NCBI GenBank assembly: GCA_963724095.1
Contig: CAVRTH010000005.1
Span: 906,410 to 970,409 of the forward strand
DNA from: an uncultured Chloroflexia bacterium
GTDB lineage: Bacteria > Chloroflexota > Limnocylindria > Limnocylindrales > CSP1-4
Length of the DNA: 64,000 bases
Direction: 5' to 3'
Position 1 is the stretch's first letter. Each line of letters begins with the position of its first letter. A program made the translations under genes and the position numbers. The notes beneath the pieces were generated by a model. That model made no database searches and was not told the DNA's origin. It worked only from the letters and a program-made list of their open reading frames with translations. Below are positions 47,738 to 59,331 of this stretch, in pieces.

Positions 47738-49240
47738 TCAGCCATAGGCGATGACGAAGAGGTCCAGCACGCCGACCTCACCGGTCGCGGACGACAGCGC
47801 GACCGTGACAGCGCTGACGAGGTCGGGCGATGCATCCAGTTCCATCACCCCAGCGTAGGTGTTGCCAGCTTCGAGCTTCACCTCGATCGGATCGCTGCTG
47901 CTGCCATCGGCTCGTGTCAGGCTCGTCAAGAGGCGTGTCGGCGCCGCAGTCGAGACCACGAAACCAGCCGCATAGACGCGCCGCTCGCCGGCCGCATCGA
48001 TGGCGAAGTGGACGACCCCGTCTGCCAGGCGCGCGTCCGGCAGGGTGGCCAGCAGGCGACCACGAGCTCGCTCCAGAAGTGGCTGCAGGTGCATCGAGCC
48101 GGAGAGCTCGCCCTCGACCGCCTCGTGGGCGTAGTCGCTGATGACTCCCATGAAACCGATGCCGTCGTAGCGGTTCTCGATCCGAAGGGCGGGCTCGCGG
48201 CGCGGCGCCGGTTCCTCCATCACCGTGTTGGCGATGGCGAACTCGCTGAACAGGCCCAGGTCGTTGAAGCGCGGGAACTGCGAAAGCGCCAGTTGGCTGC
48301 CATAACGGTAGGGACTGGGCGCGAGGCTGCCGATGCGGTCCAGCGTGGCCCGGGTGCGATCGGCGAAACGGGCGGCAGTGGTGTCCATCCGCAGCGCAGG
48401 CAGATCGAAGGGGATAGGCGGCCGCGCGATCCGGCCGGTCGCACTGCCGCGGAAGCGCTTGGCTTCGAACTCCGCGAATGAGCGCGTGTAGTAGTGGTTG
48501 AGCTGCACGTACGGCCAGCAAGCCTTGCCCACCGTCTGGGTCGGCACCGGCTGGCCATCGGCATCACGGGCGTCGTCGGCCACGGTCGCTGTGTGGATCC
48601 CGACCGACGAGATGCTCCTTGGCTGGACCACACTCTTGACGCGAGGCGGCTTGGACGGGTCTCGCCCGAAGACGTCAGCCACCTCGGTGAAGGCCTCGAT
48701 GGTCAGCTCGCTGGCTGGTTCACGCCGCCCGGAGAAGCCGAAATCCACGCGCGGGATGCGCACATCGGCCGCGTCCCCGAAGCGAGCCAAGAGCGCCGGG
48801 ATGTCGTCGTCCACCAGGGGCACCACGAACTCGTCGACGTCGAAGAAGGCCAGCCAGTCGACCGAGGGCCCATAGAAGCGCAGTGCGTGGGAGTAGGCGT
48901 CGATCTGGCCACCCGGCAGGGGCCAGTGCACCAGGGTGACGAGGCCGTGGTTGAGCCACGGCTCGATGACCGTCTGCAGCTCGTCGGTACTGCCGTTGTC
49001 ATAGATGAAGAAGTGCTGGACACCGAGGGCGTGGTGGTACGCCAGCCACTCGGGCAGATAGGGCGCCTCGTCGCGGATGATCACCACGACCGCGAGCCCC
49101 AGGCCCGGTGCTGACAAGAGCGGACCCTTGCCGATGACGTTGGGCGGCGTGGCCCGCTGTCGCTTGCGGCTGGAGGACGACGGCTGCGCCCCCGAGTTGC
49201 CCCGGAGGCGCCCCATCGCCTGGCGTGAACGTCCCAGCAT
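47738..49240 (-). CDS. GT-A-fold glycosyltransferase-like protein plus unassigned C-terminal domain; paralog C
   Basis: 500 aa. Motifs AVVVIIRDEAPYLPEWLAYHHALGVQHFFIYDNGSTDE, FFDVDEFVVP and NHYYTRSFAEFEAKRFRGSATGRIARP. Ends in VLDLFVIAYG. It starts 32 nt after the dnaK stop. Confidence 0.7.
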   Translation of the reverse strand: MLGRSRQAMGRLRGNSGAQPSSSSRKRQRATPPNVIGKGPLLSAPGLGLAVVVIIRDEAPYLPEWLAYHHALGVQHFFIYDNGSTDELQTVIEPWLNHGLVTLVHWPLPGGQIDAYSHALRFYGPSVDWLAFFDVDEFVVPLVDDDIPALLARFGDAADVRIPRVDFGFSGRREPASELTIEAFTEVADVFGRDPSKPPRVKSVVQPRSISSVGIHTATVADDARDADGQPVPTQTVGKACWPYVQLNHYYTRSFAEFEAKRFRGSATGRIARPPIPFDLPALRMDTTAARFADRTRATLDRIGSLAPSPYRYGSQLALSQFPRFNDLGLFSEFAIANTVMEEPAPRREPALRIENRYDGIGFMGVISDYAHEAVEGELSGSMHLQPLLERARGRLLATLPDARLADGVVHFAIDAAGERRVYAAGFVVSTAAPTRLLTSLTRADGSSSDPIEVKLEAGNTYAGVMELDASPDLVSAVTVALSSATGEVGVLDLFVIAYG

Positions 49241-49272
49241 GCGTGGGGGCGGGAGTCACCTCCCGGCCCGGA

Positions 49273-51201
<1,929 letters not shown>

Positions 51202-51226
51202 TGAAGTGCTCCTTGTGACTGTCGGG

Positions 51227-51871
51227 TTACTGGTCGTCGTTGTCGGGTGTGGTGTCGTCGTTGCGCGCGACCGCCACGAGAGCAGGCCGCAGCACGCGGT
51301 CGCGGATGGTGTAACCGCGTTGGATCACCTTGGTCACGGTGCCGTCGGGCACGTCCGCCGTGTCCTCGTATGAGATGGCCTGCTGCGTATGCGGGTCGAA
51401 GGGCTCGCCCTCGCCCCCCATGGGCGTGATGCCCTCGGCTTCCAGCAGCGTCCGCAGTTTGCGATCGATGGCGGCGATGCCTTCGACCCACGGGCTGCCC
51501 TTCGCCTCTTCAGGCACATGCGCCACGGCGAGGTCGAAATCATCGGCCAGGTCCAGCACACGGATGAGCAACCGGTCGCCCGCGATGTTGGCCGATTCGG
51601 CACGCTCTTCCTCGGTCCGCCGCTTGAGGTTGGCGAAATCGGCACGGGCGCGCTGCCACCCGGCCTCAGCCTCCGCGGCGCGTTGCTCCGCGGCTTCTAG
51701 CTCGGCACCGAGCTGCTCGATCTGCTCGCGCTGCGACGCACCGCTGGTGTCGAGGGCAGCGATGCGCTCCTGGGCACGGGTACCGCCGCTCTTGGCCGCA
51801 CTCTGCTTGGATCCGGCGGCCTGATCGGGATGGCCATTGGCGCCGGGGGCGCCGTTCGTCTTGTCGTTCAT
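51227..51871 (-). CDS. grpE: Nucleotide exchange factor GrpE
   Basis: Motifs [16 protein letters not shown]...[10 protein letters not shown]...V..V.QRGY. ATGA overlap with the hrcA stop. Confidence 0.9.
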   Translation of the reverse strand: MNDKTNGAPGANGHPDQAAGSKQSAAKSGGTRAQERIAALDTSGASQREQIEQLGAELEAAEQRAAEAEAGWQRARADFANLKRRTEEERAESANIAGDRLLIRVLDLADDFDLAVAHVPEEAKGSPWVEGIAAIDRKLRTLLEAEGITPMGGEGEPFDPHTQQAISYEDTADVPDGTVTKVIQRGYTIRDRVLRPALVAVARNDDTTPDNDDQ

Positions 51872-52932
51872 GCGTACAGGTGATCCACCAATTCGTTCAT
51901 CAGGCCTCGCACGTAGCGGACCGTGGAGATTGCGTGTGGGTAGGCCATGCGCGTCGGCCCGATGACGCCGACGACGCCGACCGCGCGATCGCGACGGCCA
52001 TAGGTAGCGACGACGAGGGAAACGTCGTTCATCTCCTCGTGCTGGTTCTCGCTGCCGATGAAGACACTGACGTCATCGGAGGCCGCCAGTCGCTTCACGA
52101 GACCGCCAAGGTAGGCGCGATCCTGCAGCACGTTGAAGACGCGGCGCAGGCGCTCAGAACGCTCGAACTCGGGTTCCTTCATGACGTTGAGGAGGCCCTC
52201 GCTGAAGACCTCCTCCACGCCCGCCGAGTCGAACTCATGCATCAGCCCAGAGACGCGCTCGACGGCCTGGGTGAACAGACCGTCGACCGAGTGGGGCCTC
52301 TCTCGCAGGGTATCGAGCACAGCATCGACCTCCGGTGTGGTCTTGGCACGCAGGACGCGGTCGACGCCATGCGCGATCTCGTCAAGCTCGCTCTGCGTGT
52401 ACTCGCGGTCGAGGTTGAGCAATACCTGCTTGACGGGGCCGACCGCCATGACCAGCAGCAGGCTGGCAGCGCGCTCGGCGGTGGGCACGATATCGATGCG
52501 GCGGATGCGACATGCCTGCGGCTTGATGGGCGTGGCGATAGCGGCAGAACGAGTAGCGCTCGCGAGCGTGGATGCTGCGAGGCGAAACCACTGCTCGTTG
52601 GCGAACTCCACCTGGCCGAACTGGTGGCGGATGATCAACTGCTCCACCGGTGCCAGGCTGACTTGGTCGGAGATGGATTCGACATACAGGCGGTAGCCGC
52701 GATCGGTGGGTACTCGTCCCGCACTCGTGTGCGGATGGTCCAGGAGTTCTGCCGTCTCCAGCTCCGCCATGATGTTGCGCACGGTGGCAGGGCTGATCGA
52801 CAGCGCGTACCTATCCACGAGCGCGACACTGCCTACAGGTTGCGCGGTGGCTACGTACTCCTCGATGATCGCTCGCAGGATAGCCGCTGAACGGTCTTCC
52901 AGCGGTCCCGGGCGGAGTTTGCGCCTGGCCAA
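51868..52932 (-). CDS. hrcA: Heat-inducible transcription repressor HrcA
   Basis: TTG start with AGAGGA upstream. Sequence is RSAAILRAIIEEYVATAQPVGSVALV...ISPATVRNIMAELE... Confidence 0.9.
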   Translation of the reverse strand: MARRKLRPGPLEDRSAAILRAIIEEYVATAQPVGSVALVDRYALSISPATVRNIMAELETAELLDHPHTSAGRVPTDRGYRLYVESISDQVSLAPVEQLIIRHQFGQVEFANEQWFRLAASTLASATRSAAIATPIKPQACRIRRIDIVPTAERAASLLLVMAVGPVKQVLLNLDREYTQSELDEIAHGVDRVLRAKTTPEVDAVLDTLRERPHSVDGLFTQAVERVSGLMHEFDSAGVEEVFSEGLLNVMKEPEFERSERLRRVFNVLQDRAYLGGLVKRLAASDDVSVFIGSENQHEEMNDVSLVVATYGRRDRAVGVVGVIGPTRMAYPHAISTVRYVRGLMNELVDHLYA

Positions 52933-52971
52933 TCGGTCCTCTTTGCATTCGTTGGATCGTCACATCGCCGG

Positions 52972-52998
52972 TTAGCACTCATAGGAGGTGAGTGCTAA
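52972..52998. promoter_or_regulatory. CIRCE operator (HrcA binding site)
   Basis: Perfect TTAGCACTC-N9-GAGTGCTAA, read at 52972-52980 / 52990-52998, about 40 nt upstream of the hrcA start. Confidence 0.9.
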
Positions 52999-53011
52999 CT
53001 GTACAGGCGAT

Positions 53012-53041
53012 ATCGTATCAGTCCCCTGCCCTGAGTGTCAA
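53012..53041 (-). promoter_or_regulatory. Candidate sigma-A promoter of the hrcA operon
   Basis: On the minus strand: TTGACA (53041-53036), an 18-nt spacer, then TACGAT (53017-53012). CIRCE follows immediately, as in Bacillus-type hrcA promoters. Confidence 0.55.
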
Positions 53042-53182
53042 CGAACCCGCTAGGGCCACGCTGCCCGCTCAGCGGGGTCGCACCCCCAGGCGAGCACGTC
53101 AGCGCCCTCGGTGACACGCTCGAGGTCCAAGCAGCAGGTTCCTTCCGGGAAGTCCGCGGGGTGAGTCGGCACCCCGGGCTAC

Positions 53183-54393
53183 TTACCAGCTGGCGGCTTC
53201 GCCTCCGACGCGATCGGCAGTGCGCTGCTCTTCCTCGCCGCTCTCGATGTAGGCGTGGTACGGATCAGCCGGCATGCCACGCTCCTGGCGCAGTTCGCCC
53301 AGTGGGCCCCGCACATCGGTGAAGAATGCGCTCCAGAGCAGGTTGTTGGCCTCCAGCACGTCACCCCGTGACTGCGCCGCCAGCAAGGCCTCGCGGTCGA
53401 CGAGCAGGGCCTTGGCGAACAGCTCCTGGAGCGTCTGCACGGAGCGGATGATGGCCGGCACCTTGGCCTCGATGTTGTGGCACTGGTCGAGCATGTAGAC
53501 CGTCTCGACCGCAGTCTTCTGCGCCACCGGGTCGCTGTCATCGCGCATGGCGTTGATGAGCTCGTGGGTGATGCGGAACATCTGGTACGGGTCGATCGAA
53601 CCGACCATCAGGTCGTCATCGCCGTACTTCTTGTCGTTGAGGTCGAATGCGCCGAGCTTGCCCTCCGCCAGCAGGATCGCGACGATCTGCTCGATGTTGA
53701 CACCGAGTGAGTGGTGGCCGGTGTCGACGCAGACCACGGCCCGCTCACCGACACGGTTGCAGACGGCCAGCGACTGACCCCAGTCCTGCACATCGGTGGA
53801 ATAGAGGGCCGGCTCGAAGATCTTGTACTCCAGCAGCATGCGGGCGTTCTGGGGCAGCCAGGCGTAAGCCCGCTGCAAGCCCTCGATGAGGCGGTTGCGA
53901 CGCCAGCGAAGGTCGTCCTGGCCGGGGTAGTTGGTTCCGTCGCCGAGCCAGACCTTCACCGGCGGGAGCGCCCATCTCGTCGGCGATCTCGCAGCAGTCC
54001 TTGAGCGCAAGGAGCGCCTTCTCGCGGACCTCCGGATCGGGATGGCACATCGAGCCCAGCATGTAGTCCGCATCCTGGAAGGTGTTGAGATTGATGCCGC
54101 CCGACACCGAGGTCCTTCGAGTTCATGTACTCGAGCAGGCCCGTGTAGTCATCGCTCTTGTCCCAGGGGATGTGCAGTGCCACGGTCCGCGCGATGCCGG
54201 TATAGCGATGCACGGTCGCGGCATCATCGATCTTCTCTTCGACGGTGCGGGGGGTGCCGGGGTGCTGCCAGACCCGGAAGCGGGTGCCGGTGTTCATGAA
54301 GCCCCACGACGGGATCTCGATCTTGAGCCCGTCAACGGCCCACACCAACTTCTGCTGGATCGTGCTTGCGCTCGCGTCGATGGTGGAAGTCAT
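53183..54393 (-). pseudogene. rhaI: L-rhamnose isomerase (Pseudomonas stutzeri / actinobacterial type), two frame breaks as sequenced
   Basis: Three consecutive frames carry the protein. First: IPSWGFMNTGTRFRVW...HIPWDK...DLGVG. Second: INLNTFQDADYMLGSMCHPDPEVR...CCEIADEMGA. Third: KVWLGDGTNYPGQDD...EYKIFEPALYSTDVQDWG...DTGHH...NDKKYGDDDL. Breaks are at ~54100-54112 and ~53958-53975. The start ATG 54393 follows a GAGGAG. Confidence 0.75.
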
Positions 54394-54570
54394 CCCGGGC
54401 ATCTCCTCGAATCCATTGCGCAGTCGACCGATGCGACCACAGACGATGTCATCGTAGAGCGCGGAGCGATCGGAATGCGCGGTCCAAAGGGCACGCGCCG
54501 CGGGACCGTTTGCCCCGAGCTCGCCGCCGAACACACGATCACGGTCAGCGACGGGTCGTTGAGCCTCGCG

Positions 54571-55417
54571 CTAGGGCGCCGCCTCGAAACGCTGATAGAG
54601 GTAGCGGCGCGGGACCTGGCCCGACTCGTGGATCTTGCGGGCCAGGGCGCGGCCGAAGTAGCGCCAGTGCCAGGGCTCGTAGCTGTAGCAGGAGACCTTC
54701 TTCTTGCCTGCCGGGTAGGACATGATGAAGCCGTACTTCCAGCCGTTCTTGGCCAGCCACTTGCCCGAAGGCGAGTCGCCGAACGAAGTCCGCAGCGGCA
54801 CGCTCGGCGCAGTGGTGAAGTCGATGCGTCGTCCCAAGCTGATGCTCGGAGTGGCCCGGGCGGGCAGAGAACTGAAGCCGCCTTGCGTGTAGCCATACCG
54901 CCGCACGTACGTTTCGAATAGCGCCTTCTGGTATGCATACGAACGCTGCGCCGACCGCACCGCCAGCGGCTTGCCCGCCCGCTGCGCTGCCTCAGCCAAC
55001 GCCCGGAGGTCGTCGATGATGAGCTTGCGCACCTTGCCGCTGCCGCGCGAGGCCGGCGCGCGAGACCGACACCAGGTCCCACGGCTGATACGTCCGCTTG
55101 AGCTTCAGGTTGGTGTCGAGCAGCGTCTTCTTCCACTGTCGAACGTTGCCGTAGCGGGTGGGCTGTCCTTGATCTCGCAGGCGGGCAGGGGCACCTTGGC
55201 CAGATCGAAGGTGCCGCTGAGCCTCTTCGCTGCCGGCGATGCCTTCGCTGCCAGGTGCCGTCAGGGGTAGCAGCACCGCCAGTGCCGCTTCCAGGTTCGG
55301 CGGACCGAACGGCGTGCGTGCGGCGTCGTCGGCTGCGGACCCGGTCGCCGCCACCCCCAACAACAGCGCAGCAGACAGTGTCGACGCGAGGACGCGGTGG
55401 TTCATCCAGAACGGCAT
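54571..55417 (-). pseudogene. Secreted M15B (VanY-like) D-Ala-D-Ala carboxypeptidase, three frame breaks as sequenced
   Basis: The signal peptide and YQPWDLVSV segment are in ORF 54992-55417; the rest is in ORF 54571-55032. The metal-binding motif PGHSEHQLGTT is readable only in a third frame between ~54862 and ~54826. Further motifs are IDFTT and YEPWHWRY. The first break is at ~55045-55060. Confidence 0.65.
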
Positions 55418-55452
55418 GACGAAATCCTACGCGTCCTGCCCGATCGCCGCAG

Positions 55453-56682
55453 TCACGGTCGTTCCCGGGCGACTCTGGCAGCAGGCGGGCGAAGACCTCG
55501 TTGGCCAGGAGACGCCCTCGCTGGGTCAGTCGGACGTGCCCTTCGGCCTCTTCGGCCAGTCCCTGAGCGCGGGCCCATTCGATCGCCGGGGCGATGGCCG
55601 CATCCTCCGCCAGCCCGGCGTCGATGCCCTCGACGAGGCGCAGCCCCAGGATGGCCCGCTCGGCGAGCGCGGTGGGCTCGTCGACCTCCTCCGCCCCGCC
55701 GGGTGGCAGCTGCCCCTCCTCGAGCGCCGCCATATAGCCGTCCAGCGGCGCCGCGTTCCATGTCCGGCACAGGCCACCGTCCGAGGCATGAGCGCCCGGC
55801 CCGAGGGCGAGCATATGGACGCCGCTGCCAGTACAGCTGATTGTGCCGACTCTCATGACCTGGCTGCGCCAGGTTAGCTACCTCGTAGCGCCGCAGGCCA
55901 GCCGTTGGCGCCAGCTCATCGGTGAGCAATTCCATCTCGGCGGCGCGCTCATCGGACTGCTCTCCGGCCACCCGTTCGCGCCACGCGCGTGCGCCACGGC
56001 TCACCGGCAGGTGGTCTCCCTCGGGCCCGGTCAGACCCTCGACATCGGGGTCATCGAGGGTGAGCGTGTAGGCCGAGAGATGCTCAGGCTCCAGGGCCAA
56101 GGCCGACTGGAGGGTGGCGCGCCATGATCCGAGTGTCTGACTCGGGACATCGGTCAACAGGTCCAGGCTGATCGAACGGATGCCCGCCTTACGAGCCAGT
56201 GCGACCGCCGCCGACACGTCGACAGCCCGGTGTCGGCGACCCAGGCGCCGCAGCTCGCCATCATCCATCGACTGCGCACCCAGCGAGATCCGGTTCACGC
56301 CGGCCGCGCGGAAGCCTGCCATGTCGCCGATCTCGTCGGGGCCAGGGTTGGCCTCCAGGGTGACCTCGGCGTCAGCGGCGATCCCCAATCGTGTTTCCAC
56401 CTGAGCCAGCAATCTGGCGACCTGCTCTGGACGCATGAGCGACGGCGTGCCGCCGCCAAGGTAGACGCTCCGCAGCGGTTCCCGTCGGTCACCGAAGGCC
56501 CTGTCGAGCATATCCGCCCGTAGATCGAGCTCGCGCTGCAGCGCTACCAGCAGCGCTTCGACGCGGTTCTTCGGCCCTCGCGCTGTGGGCCCCGCCACGA
56601 CCACGAAGTCGCAATAGGGACAGACCGAGATACAGAACGGGAAGTGGATGTAGAGCCCCTCCGGTGGTCGCGGCTCGGTCAC
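55453..56682 (-). pseudogene. hemW: Radical SAM heme chaperone HemW (HemN-like), two compensating frame breaks as sequenced
   Basis: Motifs LYIHFPFCISVCPYCDF and YLGGGTPS. After YWQRRPY the conserved LALGPGAHAS...Y...LTQRGRLLANEVFARLL continues in the frame of ORF 54390-55856. A return to the original frame near ~55470 would give the stop at 55453. The first break is at ~55812-55818. Confidence 0.7.
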
Positions 56683-56700
56683 CTGGCGGCCGCCGGTCTC

Positions 56701-57447
56701 CTAGCCGCGGCGGGGATCGCGCGGCCCGATGACGAAGGCCCCGCGGTCACCGGTCCCACGAGTCTTCGGCTGCACCTGTTCGAGCGCCGCACGCCGGGGC
56801 GGACCCATCGTCATGAAGAAGGCGAAGCGAGTGATGGCATGACCCACGAAGGCAGCAGCGATGCCCGCAGTCAGCAGGACCAGCACGCCACCGATGACGC
56901 CGATGATCAGCCAGTTGAGGACCATGAAGAAGCCGCGGCTGCCGGTACCCGCACGGATGGCACCGGCGTAGATGAAGGCCGCCGAGGCCACGGCCAACAG
57001 GTCAGGCAGACCGAGCACCAGGAGCAGTCCCAGCAGCACCCCGCGGAACAGGAACTCGTCGAAGAAAGCGGTCCCCACCGCGAATACCACGCCACCTGGG
57101 TAGCGGCCGGGCACGGGAAAGTCGAGGCGACGGTTGACGATGATCGCAAGCACGAAGGCGCCGACGATGCCGGCACCACCATAGAGCAGGCCCCACAGCA
57201 TGGCCTCGCCACGATCGGGTGCGAGCGCGAGGTTCAGGTCCGAGACGGGCGACGGATGGAGCGCGAAGATGATGAGTGCCAGCGCCACGCCGGCGCCATA
57301 CCAGGACAGGCGTGACAACCAAACACGCCACTCACCGTCCTCGGTGTCCCATTCGGCCGCACTGAAGCGTTTGGCGTCGAGGCGCATCAGGAACATGAGG
57401 GCAGCGAAACCGACGAAGAGGAGATACTGCAGCACTTCAGGCAGCAA
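56701..57447 (-). CDS. CPBP (CAAX-protease)-like polytopic membrane protein, motifs degenerate
   Basis: 248 aa with ~7 TM. FDEFLFRG resembles the EExxxR motif. The later His motifs are weak. Confidence 0.45.
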   Translation of the reverse strand: MLPEVLQYLLFVGFAALMFLMRLDAKRFSAAEWDTEDGEWRVWLSRLSWYGAGVALALIIFALHPSPVSDLNLALAPDRGEAMLWGLLYGGAGIVGAFVLAIIVNRRLDFPVPGRYPGGVVFAVGTAFFDEFLFRGVLLGLLLVLGLPDLLAVASAAFIYAGAIRAGTGSRGFFMVLNWLIIGVIGGVLVLLTAGIAAAFVGHAITRFAFFMTMGPPRRAALEQVQPKTRGTGDRGAFVIGPRDPRRG

Positions 57448-59267
57448 CTAGTTGCCCTCGCTCCCTCGCAGCACCGCCAGGAATGCCTCCTGCGGGATCT
57501 CCACGCTCCCCACCTTCTTCATCCGCGCCTTGCCCTCTTTCTGCTTCTCGAGGAGCTTGCGCTTCCGCGTCACATCGCCACCGTAGCACTTGGCGAGGAC
57601 GTTCTTTCGCATGGCACGGACAGTCTCGCGGGCGATGACATTGGAGCCGATCGCCGCCTGGACCGGCACCACGAACATCTGGCGTGGGATGAGCTCCTTG
57701 AGCTTCTTGGTCAGCTCACGGCCGGCACTCAGGGCGTCGCTGCGGTGGACGATGATGCTGAGCGCGTCGACAGGCTCACCATTCACCAGCACGTCGAGCT
57801 TGACCAGGTCGCCGACGCGGTTACCGATCTCCTCGTAGTCCATCGAGGCATAGCCCTGCGTGCGGCTCTTGAGCTGATCGTAGAAGTCCACGATGACCTC
57901 CGCCAGCGGCAGCTCGAAGCTCATCAGCACGCGCGTGGGGTCCAGGTACTCCATGTCGACGAAGGTGCCGCGGTGGTTCTTGGCCAGCTCCATGAGCGTG
58001 CCGATATAGCTGGACGGTGTGACGATCCCGAGCTTGACCCAGGGCTCAGATATCGATTCGATGTCGGAAGGGTCTGGCAGTAAGGCCGGGTTCTCCACCT
58101 CCACCTCGCCGCGACCGTGGGTCAGGCTGACGACGTATTCGACCGAAGGCGCGCTGGCGATGATGTCAAGGTCGAACTCTCGCTCCAGGCGCTCCTGCAC
58201 GATCTCCATGTGCAACAGCCCCAGAAACCCGATACGGAAGCCGAAGCCGAGCGCGACCGACGACTCGGGCTCGAAGCTGATCGAAGCGTCGTTGAGGTGC
58301 AGCTTCTCCAGCGCCTCGCGCAGGACCGGATAGTCGGGGCCGTTGATGGGGTAAACGCCGGCAAACACGAGCGCCTTCGCCGGTTTGTAGCCGGGCAGCG
58401 GTTCGGCTGCCGGGTTTGCGCGCCGAGGTCAGCGTGTCGCCGACCTGGCAATCACGCACGGACTTGAGGCCTGTTGCCACGTAGCCGACCTCGCCAGGTC
58501 CGAGCGTCTTCACCGGGACCAGCTGCGGCCGGAACACACCCAGCTCGACGATCTCGCTCTGCGCCTTCGACGCCATGAGGCGGATCTCCTCGCCGGCATG
58601 GAGCATTCCCTGGCTCAGCCGGACATAGGCGACGACGCCCTTGTAGGCGTCGTAGTGTGAGTCGAAGATGAGGCCGGACACCGGAGCATCTGGGTCGCCG
58701 GCGGGCGGCGGGATGCGCTCGACGATCGCCTCCAGCACCTCCGGCACATTGGTGCCGTCCTTGGCGCTGATCAGGATGACCTCCTCGCGCGGGATCGGCG
58801 AGGACATTCTCCAGCTCCTCGATGACGAGGTCAGGCTGCGCTGACGGTAGGTCGATCTTGTTGATGACCGGGATGATCACGAGGTTCTGCGCCAGCGCCA
58901 GGTAGACATTGGCCAGCGTCTGCGCCTCGATGCCCTGAGCGGCGTCGACCACCAGGATGGCACCCTCGCAGGCCTGCAGGCTACGGCTGACCTCGTAGCT
59001 GAAGTCGACATGTCCGGGTGTATCGATGAGGTTGAGCCCATAGAGTCGCCCGTCACGGGCGGTATGCTCCAGGCGCACGGCACGGGCCTTGATGGTGATG
59101 CCCTTCTCGCGCTCCAGGTCCATGCTGTCGAGCACCTGGCTCGTCATCTGGCGCTTGTCGAGGGTGTGGGTCAGCTCGAGGAAGCGATCAGCCAGCGTCG
59201 ACTTGCCGTGATCGATGTGGGCGATGATCGAGAAGTTGCGCAGGCGTGACTGAGGGATCGCTTCCAT
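57448..59267 (-). pseudogene. lepA: Elongation factor 4 (LepA), two frame breaks as sequenced
   Basis: Three frames carry the protein. First: [18 protein letters not shown]...DTPGHVDF...INKIDLPSA. Second: [31 protein letters not shown]...GDTLT. Third: [18 protein letters not shown]...[25 protein letters not shown]... to the stop at 57448. Breaks are at ~58795-58800 and ~58408-58414. Confidence 0.85.
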
Positions 59268-59331
59268 TGGGCGCTGCGGATTTTAGCAAGCGTGGCGCGA
59301 CACATGCGCCCGTATGGGGAGGCCCGTGTGG

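Noticed and set aside
54390-55856. 488-aa minus-strand ORF
   Set aside because: Only its first ~130 codons are meaningful, and they form the out-of-frame middle and C-terminal part of hemW. The rest runs through the M15 peptidase and into the rhaI 5' end in a wrong frame.
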